Part shown: positions 21,528-36,500 of the stretch, in pieces
Numbering within the stretch: the first letter of the stretch is position 1
How the letters are laid out: each line of letters starts with the position of its first letter
Origin: Ranitomeya imitator
Lineage: Eukaryota
DNA: 64,000 nucleotides
Direction of reading: 5' to 3'
Assembly (NCBI RefSeq): GCF_032444005.1
Contig: NC_091289.1
Location: forward strand, 13,702,001 to 13,766,000
Position numbers and translations under genes: made by a program
Notes under the pieces: model-generated
The model's input: the letters and a program-made list of their open reading frames with translations, nothing else
Told to the model about the DNA's origin: nothing
The model's database searches: none

Positions 21528-24500
21528 TTATGTATCATGGAAATCCTTTAACAAAGTTCTTCTACGCTGCTCGGCTATATGCATCTGATTCTCCAGGTCC
21601 TGGGGGAGGAACAGGCAGATCAGGTCAAGGTCCAGTCTTATTTTTTTTTTAAACCATGGCTACTTTCTGCAAACAGCAGCGCCACCCCAGTCTATAGGTC
21701 ATATGTAGTATTGCAGCTCAGTTACTCTGAAGTGAATGGGACTGAGCTGCAATTCCACAAACGACCGGTGGACAGGGGTGGCGCTTGGTTTCTATAATGA
21801 AGCTATATTTTACAACCTTAAGTCCACCCTTGAAAATCACCCACAGTTCTTTAAGGTTCCCTGGAGCCACCACTAAGGGGAGCTGAATGCATATAACATA
21901 TACATTGGGCTTAAAGGGTTTTTTTTCCCATCTTCGCTCCTTCATGACGTATATTTACGTCATAGGTCATGTCCCCGACTTTGATGCCGATTCTAATGTG
22001 GAGCCCGCATCTTTCCTCGCACATTAGTCATCATGCGGGCAGGGTCATCTCCTCCTGTACCAGTTGTGACTTGTATTGTTCAAGATTATTGTACTTGTTT
22101 TTATTATGTATACCCCTCCTCAAATGTAAAGTGCCATGGAATAAATGGCGCTATAATAATAAATAATAATAATAATGTACCTTTAACAGCCATAGCTGGA
22201 GCGGTGCTCCACCCGTGGCTGTTAACCTATTAAATCCTGCTGACAGGTCCCTGAATCGTGTAAATCTGCATTGCTCTGCTGAAGGTAAAATATGACGCGA
22301 CAGGCCAAACCTTATGGCTTCAGGTGAAATGGACACGTGGCAGCACTCACCCCTCTGTCGTAGCTGTCGGCTCTTTCTACCTTCCAGGAAAGGTTCTCGA
22401 TCTCGGCCTCCAGCTGGGCCTGCTGATACTCAAACTACAGGTGGAAATCAGCGAGATGTGAACACGGCGGCACAAACAGAAATCACTAGAGACCACTCCC
22501 CGCTCGTGAACTTACCAGCTTCTTGCGTGGGCCGGACTCCATGTAGTAAGCATAGGGATATGTATATTGCAGAGTGTACCGGCACTGAATGTAGAGGGAA
22601 GAGAAACACAAAACTGGCGTTAATGGTGGGACCAACACTCCAGATCTGGATGCGATGCCCATAGCAATTCACTTCGATCTGTACAGGTCTCCAGCAGTGC
22701 TTGTAATGACGTGCCCGGGAACCTGTATAGGAAATTACTCCGTATACATGAGGAAGGAGTGATATTTCCTACACAGGTTCCTGGGAGGGTCAGAACCACT
22801 GCAGGAAAGGAGAAAATGAGGACCAGGGAAGATGCGAGAGGAGACACGACCCCCGAGTAACATGCAATCAATGACTGATGCCGGATCTGCGGGACCAGAT
22901 ACACTATCCGTGCCGCAATGTCTCACCTTTGCCAGCAGCTTTGCAGCATTTTGCAGGTACTGCCAATCAATCCAGGTGCCAAGGTTGTTCATTACCCGTT
23001 CTTGAATCTTCTCCTGAATTTGCTGGTAGGTCTGAGCTTCCAATTGCAGACTCTTATTATGATTTTCCCACTGCCGGACAGTAAAACAAAGGAGGATAAA
23101 CCTGGGCTTCGCTTATACCTGCAATAACCTGATTGGCCGGTGTGATTTAATTTGGACTCTTCTGGCGGATCTTACCCTCTCGAAGTAGAAGAGGTATTTC
23201 TTGAGGGCCTCTCTGGCCTGAGCCTGCTGACTCTGGTTTACAATATCGGGGTTTTCTTTATATCGGCTGCACTCGTAATATTCGCTTCCATGTGTTTTCC
23301 AGTCACCAAGGCACATCCAGCAGAAGTCTGACCACACAGAATTACTAGATTATTATGTGAGCAGAAGCAGCTTGCATCCTGTAGCTGTCAGTGCATGCTG
23401 GGAGTTGTAGTACTGCAACAGCAGAATCGGGCCACTGCTCTACAGTAATGGCAGCGCTAACCACAGATACACACATGTAACGTTATCCATCACCGCGATA
23501 TATATGGAGACACTTACCGTGCTTGCACTTCGAGCATTGCTGTAAAAGATTAAACATAGTGTTACATGAGGGTCATCAAACACTAGGGTCACGTGCAAGA
23601 TTTAATGGCGGATTCTGTCAATCGATATTTGCACCATAAATGTTTAAGAAAAGGAGGCCAACAAGAGGCGACACATATTTCTGGCATATATGAGGGATGA
23701 GCCAAACATCCAAGGATATGATCGGTGGAGGTCTCACCTCTGGGACCCCCACCAATCCAAAGAATGAAGGGGCTACAGTGATGATGACCATAACAGTCTA
23801 GAACAAAACAGACCATAAACCCACTGAATATAAAATGATGGCACATCGTAGCCCCATACCATCACTGTATGAGCAAAGACTATAGAAAGACGCAATACTG
23901 AACAGTCAGACTAACGTCTTAAATGCATTTATTGCTCATTATTACTCACCATGTGGTTGCAACCTCCATTTTTTTCAATACAGATATTGCACTTGGGGCA
24001 CTATAAAAAGAAAAAAATAAATATGAATGTGTATATGTAATACATCTACAGTGGTACGTAAAAGTTTGGGCACCCTGCATGGTCAGTACCTAGTAGCATT
24101 CCCTTTTGCAGGTATCGCAGCTTGTAAATGCTTTTTGCAGCCAGACAAGAGACTCAATTCTTGTTTGAGTGATTTTCATTCATTCTTCCTTGGAGAATTC
24201 TTCCAGTTCTGTGAGATTCCTGGGGCGTCTTCCATCCTCTGCTATCTTGAGGTCTAGCCACAGACTTTCAATGATGCCCTGATCAGAGCACTGTGAGGGC
24301 CATAGTAAAACCTTCAGCTTGCACCTTTTGAGGTCATCTATTGTGGATTTTGATGTGTGTTTAGGATCATTATCCATTTGTAGAAGCCATCCTCTTCCTA
24401 ATTTCACCCTCAGCTTTGTTACAGATAGTGTTATGTTTGCATCAAGAATTTGACATTTCATTGAATCTATTCTTCCCTCTACCTGTGAAATGTTCCCTAT

Positions 24501-27500
24501 GCCATTGGCTGCAACACAACCACAAAGCATGATTGATCCACCCCCATGCTTAATGGTTGGCGAGATGTTCTTTTCCAGAAATTCTGTGCACTTTTTTTCT
24601 CCACACAAACCTTTGATCATTGTGGCCAAAGTTCTATTGTAACCACATTGGTCCACAGGACTTGTTTCTAAAATTCCTCATCTTGTTTAGATCTTTTGCA
24701 TACTTCTGATGCTTAATTTTATGGTGAAGAAACAGGAGAGGTTTTCTTCTGATGACTCTCCCATGAAGGCCATATTTGTGCAGGTGTCTATGAACAGTAG
24801 AACAATGTACCACAACTCCAGAGTCTGCTAAATCGTCCTTAAGTTCTTTTGCAGTCAAGCTGGAGTCCTGATTCACCTCTCTAGCAAACCTACAAGCAGC
24901 GCTCAAGCAAATTTTGCTTGTTCTTCCAGACCTTATCTTGACCTCCACTGTTCCTGGTAACTGCCATTTCTTAATTAAATTTCGAACTGAGGAAAGGGCA
25001 ACTTGAAAACACTTTACTATCTTCTCATAGCCTTCTCCTGCTTTGTGGGCCTGCACCATTTTGGTTGATGTTTTTTGGCACAAGGTTAGAGGCTGGATTT
25101 TTATAAAGATGGGAAATTTGCATCACCTTGCCTTTCCTAAAGAAAACAGTGAACAAGCCATAATCCTAACAGGCTTATTAAGGTCTGAAATCTTGATCAA
25201 AGTTATCATTTCATCTTCAACTTTATTAACTGATCACAATTAACAGTAATTTTGACCAAGGGTGCCCAAACTTTTATATGTCACTGCAAAGTAAGGATAC
25301 GTAGCATTACACACTTGATTGCTCAAGTTAAGGCCCCATTCAGACGTCCGTGTATCATGGTCCGAGTACGGACCATAAAGAGCACTGACCGGGGGGGCCT
25401 CCTGACCCGAACTCGACACCCTGATCTACGCCTAAGAGATTGGTCCGTACTTGGACCTGTGACACACGGTTGTCTGAATGAGGCCTTGCATTGCCAGTTT
25501 CAGCTGTTCTCACTTTTTACCATACAGAGAAAATCCAATATGAATAAAGGGTTAAACTAGAATGAGGATGAGATTTTCTGGAACTTGTTGTTTTACAATA
25601 CAGGGAGCTGGCAATTACCGCCGAGGTGACGCCGGATCGCTGACCGCCAGCTCTAACACAGCTACTGGAAATGCCAGTTGCTCTTTGTGCCAGTGCTGGA
25701 GTCAGTGATTTGCACGCCCCTTCCTGTATGCTGCAGATCAGGATGAGCCCAGATGATTGACAGTTTTTGTGATAAGTGTTCATCACCGGGGGTGCCACTG
25801 CTGAGATCCCAACGGAGAACTATCGACTACTGTGCCGTACAAATGGGTCCGAGGAGCGGGACCCCCAAAGCCATCAGACACTGGGATTGGTTTTGATGGT
25901 GGGACAACCCCTCTAAGTTCTGCACATCTTACGTCTTTAGTGTGAGCGCTGATGTAGTTTGCCGTTTCCGAGTCGTCGGCACATTTCGTTAGCCACTTCC
26001 GGATGGTGGCGCAGTCTGTGGGGGCATGGTACATTTGGCGGCACCGGAAGCTGGTGACATAACATGTAGAGAGATTACAAAGCATGGAAGATGAAAACTG
26101 TATATAATAGCAGACGCTGCGCCATATATGAGAGATCAATGGTTATATCTATTATTGGAGAAAACGTTTTAAAACAACAGCCCAGTGTAAAAGGGTCAAA
26201 GTAAAGGCAGGAGATTTATAGACAGGAGCCCTTTATAAAAGGTCACGGCAGACGATGCAAGTTCTCAGACTTTTTCCTGACACAGTAACCCGTTTGGGTC
26301 GGAATACCTCTTGCTGGATATTTCAGTTCCGTGCCAAATGATTTGAGCCCATAATGCGTTACTCTCCAATATTTGCACTAGCAATCAATGCTGCTAGATG
26401 CGGTGGTCCGGCCCACTGTAGGCCCCCAATTTGTAATGGTTTCCATTTGTTCAAGGAGAATACCGATCGGATCCCAATGTACAACGCGGCCGTATCAGGT
26501 GTCCATTGCACTAGTATTGGAGAACCACTTACCAGAAGACCTCGCTGCACCTATTGCACTGCACTCGCCGAGCCTTCGGCTCCTGAACCTGTATGACCAT
26601 GGGGCAGTCAGCACCGGGGCAGAGCTGCAGCTGGTAGTGGCTCTGGGGGAGGAAACGAGAACAACAAATTATTCCTCACCTTTATATCGCTATGGGAAAA
26701 CTGATTTTTATAAGTATATTTTTCTTTGAAACACATTTTAGAGAAAATATAGTTAGAAGATGAAAGTGATTCACCGGTCTCTCCATCACCTGGAGTGGCA
26801 CTGGGAGAAGCCATCATTGGGCGCTCCGGACTACAATGGTCTCCGGCAATGGTCCAAACTATAAGTTTTTCTTTCTTTTTTAACACCTTTTCTGCAACAC
26901 TGGAGCATTTCAAAGAATAATAAAACTAGCTGCAATCGTGATTCGGATACCATGAATCAGCTGACAAGTTTCTGCGAAAGGAATAGACCTGTATTTTTAG
27001 GATATGTAGTTTTAACCCCTTAGTGACGGAGCCAAATTTTTGAAATCTGACCAGTGTCACTTTATGTGGTATTAACTCTGGAACGCTTCAACAAATCCCA
27101 GTGATTTTGATAATGTTTTTTTCGTGACACATTATACTTTATGATAATTGTAAATTTAGGTTGATATGTTTTGTCTTTATTTATAAAAAATATCAGAAGT
27201 TTGAGAAAAATGTTAAAAAATTAGCAATTTTCTAACTTTGAATCATTATCCCTTTAATCCGGATAGTCATACCACAGCAAACCATTAATAAATAACATTT
27301 CCCACATGTCGGCTTTACATCAGCACCATTTGTAAAATGTTCTTTTATTTTGTTAGCATTTTAGGAGGTTTAAAAATGTAGCAGTAATTTTTCATTTTTT
27401 CAAGGAAAATTTCCAAAACTTATTTTTTTAGGGACTATTTGAAGTGCCTTTATGGGTCCCATATATTGGGAAACCCCCAAAAGTTATACCATTTTAAAAA

Positions 27501-30500
27501 CTGCACCCCCTGACATATTGAAAACTGATCTCAGGTAGCTTATTAACCCTTCAGGTGCTTTTCAGGAATTAATGCAAAGTGACATGACAAATGACAATGT
27601 GCATTTTTACCACCTAAATGCCTCTAAACTTCTGAACAGGTTAAAACAGCCAGCAGACTCTTAGGCCAGAATTTGGTCATGAGTTGTGAATCGCTAACAT
27701 CAGGACCACATAATCGTGATCTGAGGGCACCAATTGAATTAGGAGGAAGCCCCCACAGTCTGTTAACCATTTATAATGATGTAGTCACTATTGAAAGCAG
27801 CATCTAAGGGGTTAAACAGAGTTGGACGGTGCAAACACTGATCGTGGCTGATGCAGCAAGTTGTCAGCTATAGTGTACAGCCGACAGCTGCGGGATTGTC
27901 ACCTGTATGGGGAGGCTATTCTCTTATATCTCAGGTCAGTTAAAAGATGTATTGGCAGTCATTAAGGGGTTAAGATTGCGGTAGGAATGACCACTGTGAT
28001 CTCCTCTGAACCTGAGAAAGTATCTGTGCTGAGGAGTTCAACCTGAGAATAAGGGGAACCAAGTGCCAATTTCAAAGTCTTTTCCAGCTGCCTGTTTTGC
28101 AATGAAAACTAGCGTAGCGGCTGCAGCGCTGAATTTACCCCATATTCTCAGGTCAGACCCCAATGTTCATAAAACGATGGCAGATCCTACCATTCTCATC
28201 TTTTTAGGAGATTGGAGTAACCCCAACAACCAGAGGTTACACCCTTATAACAGCTACCATTAGAGGAAGGTGGCCGGCCTTGTGAATAAAGATGGGCTTG
28301 CTAACAGTATTTGTTCAAATCGATCCGCTGGAAAGGAACCCCAAGAACAGCCTCCTATCTCCCCGCATCTGTGGCTCTTTTCATTAGCCAGCCTGGCCCG
28401 ATGTCTTTGCGGCATGAATGGCTAATCAAAAGAGGAGCTGTGGATGCCGGGAGGTCATAAATGGTTCACAGGGCTTCTGCACAGCTGCAGTGTAAAGCAT
28501 GAGGGATAGAGCCTCTGTCATCATCCCTAATAATGGTAGCTCTAATGACATATACCTCTACATAGTCCCTGAAAAGATATCGCTTGTATTTGTCCGTCAG
28601 TTCTTCATTAGGCAGTAATGGAAAAACAAAATCTTCTGGCGTTCGGAGCAAGCATTCCTGGGCCATGCAGGAGATCCCTGGGGAAAGCAGAAGGTGGAAA
28701 TGATGGATCACGGTCTTAATCAAAAAAGCAGAAAGCACAAAAGGTCATGTTATGATCTTACCAACGCCGACTCCATCTTTCACTAGAACTGTGCAATGCT
28801 GCTCCCAACAGCTGCGGCAAAACTGGTGCTGACAGGCGAGAGACAGCAGGTTCTCCTTCCGGACGAACTGCATGCAGACTGCGCAGTGATGGGAGGAATG
28901 TGCCATGACCTGAGGATGAAGAGGGAAGAGCGAGCTCAGACTACAGATCACCCTCTATAGACACTCAGGCCAATGCTCTATGGTGGGAGACGGAAATATC
29001 GCCGGTAACCCACTCTACTGCCCTACAGAGAAAGAGTCAAAAAGGTGGATTCCTAAGACCTTTAACAGTTAAAATTGCAAAAGGCTACTGGCCACCTCTA
29101 GGCGAGGAACGTAGCACTTACAAGCTCTTTTCTTCAGGGATTGTAAGTGCTGCTCTGAAGATGGCCGGATTTCTGGATTTGGATGCCTTCGGTGACCTGA
29201 GCGCCTCTGATATTGTAGAGGCAATGTTGCAGAATTGGAAAGCGGATGATTCGGACCAGTGGCACCTACATGCCAATGGTCAAGCAAGAATGAAGCGGGG
29301 AGGTAGGGGAGTGGTGCGGTCCTGATTGAGGACAATCCTTTTAAAAGGGCTTGTCCAGGACCTAGATGAATTATGCCAGAATCGACCATCAATATCAGGC
29401 GAGTGGGGGTTTGAGATCCAAAATCCTAACAGGGACGTAAACAGTGTAAGGAGCCAGAACAGCTCTGCACACACATGCAAGCAGCCGACTGTAGTGGTGC
29501 CAGATGTTGTACGGCCACCGATCAGATATGGATGACCTTCGGGTACATTAACTACAGACTCCCACCACTTCAGCCTAAGCATCTGAAGGATCTGGATGGA
29601 GACCATTAATCAGGACAATAAGAAATGCAGAAAAGTATACAAAGTGCTCACATGTTTAGACGATAGCGGCTGTACCCTGGCGTCAACCGACAACTGGACA
29701 GAATTCAGTTTATGCCTGGAAAGAAAAAAAAAAAAACAACAAAACAATGAGATCATTAGGAGGCATGCGGTGAGGACAAGCGTGCACGGCCAGCAAGTTC
29801 TGCTCTAAAAAGATAAATTAAAAAAATTAAAAAAAAAAGTCTCCATTCAGAACACAAGCAGGTAAAGCTGAACATACACTTTAGATTAATGTTGGCCAAA
29901 ACTTTGATCTAATGAGCTTTATGGGCTTCTCCCAGGGAGATAACAATCGGACAGCTGGATTTTAACATGCCCAATCCTTTAGCTCTCCAGGTACATAAAC
30001 CAAACATTTGTAAAAAGCTGAACTTCAGAAGAAAGGAACCTCTCCATATACATGATCGCTCACCCTAGAGTTCATGTGTTATCAGCAGGGAGATGTCTGG
30101 CAGCCGCTTATCCATGATAAGGAAAAGATTGAAGGTACCGTTACACTAAGCGACTTACCAACGATCACGACCAGCGATACGACCTGGCCGTGATCATTGG
30201 TAAGTCGTTGTGTGGTCGCTGGGGAGCTGTCACACAGACAGCTCTCTCCAGCGACCAACGATCCGGGGAAAGACTTCGGCATCGTTGAAACTGTCTTCAA
30301 CGATGCCGAAGTCCCCCTGCAGCACCCGGGTAAACATCGGGTTACTAAGCGCAGGGCCGCGCTTAGTAACGCGATATTGACCCTGGTTACCAGTGTAAAA
30401 GTTAAAAAAAAAAAAACACTACATACTCACATTCTGATGTGTGTCACGTCCCCCGCCGTCAGCTTCCCTGCACTTTCTGTGTCAGCGCCGGCAGTAACAG

Positions 30501-33500
30501 CGGTGACGTCACCGCTGTGCTCTGCTTTACGGCCGGCGCTGACACAGTCAGTGCAGGGAAGCTGATGGCGGGGGACGTGACAGACATCAGAATATGAGTA
30601 TGTAGTGGTTTTTTTTTTTTTACTTTTACAATGGTAACCAGGGTAAATATCGGGTTACTAAGCGCGGCCCTGTACTTAGTAACCCGATATTTACCCTAAT
30701 TACAAGTGAACACATCGCTAGATCGGCGTCACACACGCCGATCCAGCGATGACAGCGGGTGATCAGCGACCAAAAAAAGGTCCTGATCATTCCCCAACGA
30801 CCTCCCAGCAGGGGCCTGATCGTTGGTCGCTGTCACACATAACGAGATAGTTAGCGGGATCGTTGCTACGTCACAAAAAGCGTGACGTTGCAACGATATC
30901 GTTATGTGTGAAGGTACCTTGAGAGTTGAAATTCCTAAGAGCTAGATCCTCCTCTTCCCTGACTGTCGGGGGTCCGTCATACACATCAGATGATTGGCAG
31001 GTTTGGACGACCTTCATCTAATGTGTATGGGAGAAATCACGCAGGTAATGTGTGTCGTCAGTTCAGCAATTATGAGCCCCATAGTAGCCAAAAGTGGAAA
31101 AATAGAAACCCCTGTAATGAGCATCTCACAATGGTACTCCTGTTTAACACTACAGGAAAGGGAGAGCTTGCCAAGTAGTTCCCCTCGTCAGAAACACATT
31201 TTAAGAGTGCAGCAGTGGATTCCCTTGTACATGGATATTTGTCAAGGTTTGTCCAAATTAGATAAGCCAGACTCTGGCCCGGTCTGGGGGAAAGGTCTCA
31301 TTCTGTAAATTAATTTCTTATTACTCACCGTAAAATCCTTGTCACGTCACATACAATGGGAGACGCAAAGGTCTTGGGTTATAGCTGCTGCTGCTGTAAG
31401 CCAAGATCTCGGAACCTCCCCCCAATGGCACGGACAAGAAATACACAACCTCCATTAAGGAAGGAGACAGTTCAGCTTGTATGCTACGACCAGGGCCGGG
31501 CAGTGAGTGCTACATACTGAACACGACGAGCTGTGCAGCCGCAAAGGCCAACTATGAAACAGGAGACAAGCTGAGCGATCTCAGATGACTGCAGGCTCAG
31601 CTCTTCAGACAGCGCCATGTCAAGAGGCGACCTCTGTCCAGTCTCCCCCTGTATCTGCTCTAAGAGACGCCCAACCCCAGATCATTACGAAGTCATGCAG
31701 CTTTTCTTGTATTGATCTTAAGGAAGACGATCAAACCTTCTTCTCCGCATCCAAACTTACAAGATGGAAACGGTCGAGTGATCGGTGTGTATAGGTTATC
31801 TGCATTATTAGGCATTATATTTTGGGGGGTTGGAAGAAAGAAAACCCTTTAGTGCAAATCGATACTATAATGGAACATTGATTTTCACGTGCAAGGTGCA
31901 GATATCACGGGAAATGTCAGTAGGAGACCTTAAAGGGGTTTTCTATTTTCACTAAACTATTGTCCCCAAGTGCAATTTAATGCATAAAAAAAACACAACA
32001 ATACCAAGCTTTACTTAGCCTCCCCGAGTCCAGTGTAGTTTCTGCACAACTGCCCCCGGTCTTTGCTGGTTGTCTGCAGCGCTGACCAGCTTTGCCACTG
32101 AGCTCAGTGGTGCTCCTGATGCAAGTTCAGTGATTGTCTGCAGACAAACAGAGACCGAGGCAGCAGCTGAGTCAGCACAGAACCCAGGGAGGATGAATAC
32201 AGAGCTTTAAAAACGGCTTTAAAAAAGGTGAAGGGGGGAGCTGAAGCTTCAGCAAGTGAACACTGGGAGAACCTGGACACCCACCGCTCTAATATTTCTG
32301 AGACTTGCCAATGAAAGTGAACCAAGATGAGTTTTGCCACTGAATGGGATACCTGGAGTGAAAAAAAAAAAAACAAGTTTTAAATAATATCATGAAATTC
32401 CATAACTCTAGTATCCTATAATTTAGAAAATCTGATAAGTCCAACAGACACAGAACCACATGATAGTCTGGTGCAGAGACTTTCCAGATTATATGGCAGC
32501 GTTGCACCATTACATGAGGCTGCACGAGATGCGGGCGCTGGAGGATTTCCCTGAGCTCGAGGACTGGCACGGGTCACTGGGGCGGCACGGTGGCGCAGTG
32601 GTTAGCACAGCAGCCTTGCAGCGCTGGAGTCCTGGGTTCAAACCCCACCAAGGACAACATCTGCAAAGAGTTTGTATGTTCTCTCCGTGTTTGCGTGGGT
32701 TTCCTCCAGGTTCTCCGGTTTCCTCCCACATTACAAAGACATACTGATAGGGAATTTAGATTGTGAGCCCCATCGGGGACAGTGATGATAATGTGTGCAA
32801 AAATGTAAAGCGCTGCGGAATATGTTAGCGCTATATAAAGATTATTATTATTATTATTACTGGCACACAGCTAATAGGCCGTTATGTAACCTCCTAATGC
32901 GGCACATAGCGTGTCTGATGCCACTGAGCTCGTATAGGAGATTCGGAGAGGTGGCCGTATTAATGGAGGGTAAATGGACTCGTCCTCAGCAGTATTCACA
33001 CCCAGCAATCATAGGATCCCATAACTGCCCTAAAAACCTATCAAGATTAACTCGATCAAAGAAATATGGAGGTAGCAGGTGAGAGGGAGATATTTAATAG
33101 GGTTGCACCAAGTATACAAATTATCCCCTAATTAATCACTGGGACCGATGAGAACAGGGCTTGACGGGATAACTTACATAATTGGTGCAACCGCTTTAAT
33201 AAAAGTGGTTTCTTCAAAAGGGACACCTTTAGTCTATTGCCCTACAGCTTACATTTGCACCCATACACAGAAGATGAATATCAAGACATTGTCCCAAACT
33301 TCAGCACCTATCATAATGCAATGTGTTTGTCCGAAAAGAGTGCGTGCTACGGTCGGGGAGGTGAATGTGTAGCCCGCAGCCGCCATCATGTGCGTATCTT
33401 ATTGACTGTATGATGAAAAGTTTTGCACATTTGCAATATACCGTATTATCATTTTCAAAGTTTCACCACTTAAAAGACACTTACTTGCTGTCAGTGAATG

Positions 33501-36500
33501 GAAAACATTCTCGCTTGCACTATAAGGCTATGTGCACACGGTGCGGATTTGCCTGCGGATCCACAGCGGATTGGCTGCAGTTTTCCATCAGGTTTCAGTA
33601 CCATGTAAACCCATGGAAAACCAAATCCGCGGTGCCATGCTGCAGAAAGTTCCACGCAGAAATACAGCGGTTTATTTTCCGCAGCATGTCAATTCTTTGT
33701 GCGGATTCCACAGCGTTTTAAACCTGCTCCTCAATAGGAAACCGCAGGTGAAATCCGAACAAAAAAAACGCAGGAAATCCGCGGTAAATGGCAGTGCGTT
33801 TTACCTGCGGATTTAGCAAAAACGGTGCGGAAAAAAGCGGCAACGTGAGCACATAGCCTCAGACTGATCACCTCCTACCGGCACTGCTTCTTTAAGAGGA
33901 TCTTCGGCAAAGAAAACAGCTTAAGAATTGCTGTAACTTGCTTCAACGATACCCTGCTGCTCTTGTTTCCTGCAGCACCAGCTTCCCATTACAGGGATGT
34001 GTGACCGCTACAGCCAATCGCTATGTCGTGATTAGCTGCAGGCGTCACATGTCGCTCAGTCATGAGAGACAGACTGGCACAGGAGCTGTACCCTTTTCAC
34101 ACACAATTCTGAGCCAAATTACTTCTCTGTGCAACACCTTTAAATGCATCCATGAATATTTCCATTCACTTACAGCAAGCGAATACAGGTCCTTCTCAAA
34201 AAATTAGCATATAGTGTTAAATTTCATTATTTCCCATAATGTAATGATTACAATTAAACTTTCATATATTATAGATTCATTATCCACCAACTGAAATTTG
34301 TCAGGTCTTTTATTGTTTTAATACTGATGATTTTGGCATACAACTCCTGATAACCCAAAAAACCTGTCTCAATAAATTAGCATATTTCACCCATCCAATC
34401 AAATAAAAGTGTTTTTTAATAAACAAAAAAACCAACAAATAATAATGTTCAGTTATGCACTCAATACTTGGTCGGGAATCCTTTGGCAGAAATGACTGCT
34501 TCAATGCGGCGTGGCATGGAGGCAATCAGCCTGTGACACTGCTGAGATGTTATGGAGGCCCAGGATGCTTCAATAGCGGCCTTAAGCTCATCCAGAGTGT
34601 TGGGTCTTGCGTCTCTCAACTTTCTCTTCACAATATCCCACAGATTCTCTATGGGGTTCAGGTCAGGAGAGTTGGCAGGCCAATTGAGCACAGTAATACC
34701 ATGGTCAGTAAACCATTTACCAGTGGTTTTGGCACTGTGAGCAGGTGCCAGGTCGTGCTGAAAAACAGGATTTTTGGTTGCTTACCGTAAAATCTGTTTC
34801 TCGGAGCCTTCATTGGGGGACACAGGAACCATGGGTGTATGCTGCTGCCACTAGGAGGCTGACACTATGCAAATAAAAAAAGCTAGCTCCTCCTCTGCAG
34901 TGTACACCCCACCGACAGGAAGTAGGATATTCAGTTAGTGAGAAAGCAGTAGGAGAAGCAACGTGTAAAGAGAAAGAATATAATAATAAACTTTATTCAT
35001 ATAGGGCTGACAAATTCCGCAGCGCTCTACAGATTAACAGTTTCAAACACTCAAAGAGTGTTCAAATAACTCAAACGTTAACAGTATAACACAATAAACA
35101 GAGCTGTTCAACTTGGGAGGGTGCTGTGTCCCCCAATGAAGGCTCCGAGAAACAGATTTTACGGTAAGCAACCAAAAATCCTGTTTTCTCTATCGCCTCA
35201 TTGGGGGACACAGGAACCATGTGACGTCCCAAAGCAGTCCCTGGGGCGGGAAACAGCATTCAACTCCAATCTGGGTCAGAGGAACTGACCACCATCACCT
35301 GCAAGGTCTTCCTACCTAAGCCGGCATACGCCTAAGCTAGGCATGGAAGTCTCGCGAACATGTGGAGGACCGATCATCGGTCTGTAGAGGTGCAAGGCAG
35401 AGGCCCTATATGTGCACCGCCGGGAGGCGCCCACTGCCCAGGTAGAGTATGCCTTAAACCTGGAAGGAGGAGCTGTGCTCTGACCCGGATATCTAAACAT
35501 TGCTGACTGGATTTTGCGGGCATACGTTGATTTGAAGGCCGGAGGGCCTCTCTACGCCGAGCCCATATACTGAAAAGGGGGAGGGGCGGCCTTAGCTGGA
35601 TAGATGCACCTCGCCCTGACCCGGTAGCATGATGAGCGAATGCTACGAAGGATGAGTCCAAGCAGGACGAAAGGAAGGGAATCAAGAATGATAGACAGAG
35701 CTATGGAGAACCTCGGCAAGGTAAAGGCAGAGCACTGAACCGGTGATCCACAGAATGTACAAAACTGCTGACAGACTCTGGAAGTGGTTGAGAGCCTGAA
35801 AAGAAGGTATAAAACGAAAAAGGACTTGCCCCTCGCAAAAATGCAGGATTGTCCAAAGACTTGAAGAAAAGGAGGACCAGGATAAAGGCTTTTATAAAAT
35901 AAAGGAAAGCACATGTGGTCCCAGGAGAACAACGAGGTTTAGTTTGAGGAAGAAGGGAACTCGTCCCTCCGATGACCTTCTTAATAATTGGTTCAAGTTG
36001 GAGCCAAACTGACGGAAAACCTCGGAAGACAAGCGGTGAGGGACCTCCCAGAGGGTAAGTCCTGTCACGCCATAAGCAAAATGGACCTTCGGATTGGCAC
36101 GACATTGCTGGATGTCCAAGCAGCACCTGCAGCGGCATCCGCGGGGGTGGATTCCATGTACTTCCCTGCATGAGTAAATTAGTCCGCAAGGACAGCGATT
36201 TCCTCTGATTGGACTCCTTGAAGAGTGCCCTGATGGAGCAGCTTAGCCCATGCATCTGTAAACTTTGCTGTCCAGGTGGAAACAAAGGCAGGGCACAATG
36301 TAATAATAATAATAATCTTTATTTTTACATAGCGCTAACATATTCCGCAGCGCTTTACAGTTTTGCACACATGGCGGACACTTCAATGGTTGACTTTAGT
36401 ATCGTTGCTATCCTAGAGGGATCCTCTCTCTGGGAGAGGAGGACTATCGGTGGAAAATATGGAAACCGGAGGGTCCAGAGACAGAGAAGAGGTCCAGTTC

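Noticed and set aside
32579-32660. tRNA-like A and B boxes
   Set aside because: This is the head of a SINE followed by a V-domain and an (ATT)n tail, not a tRNA gene.
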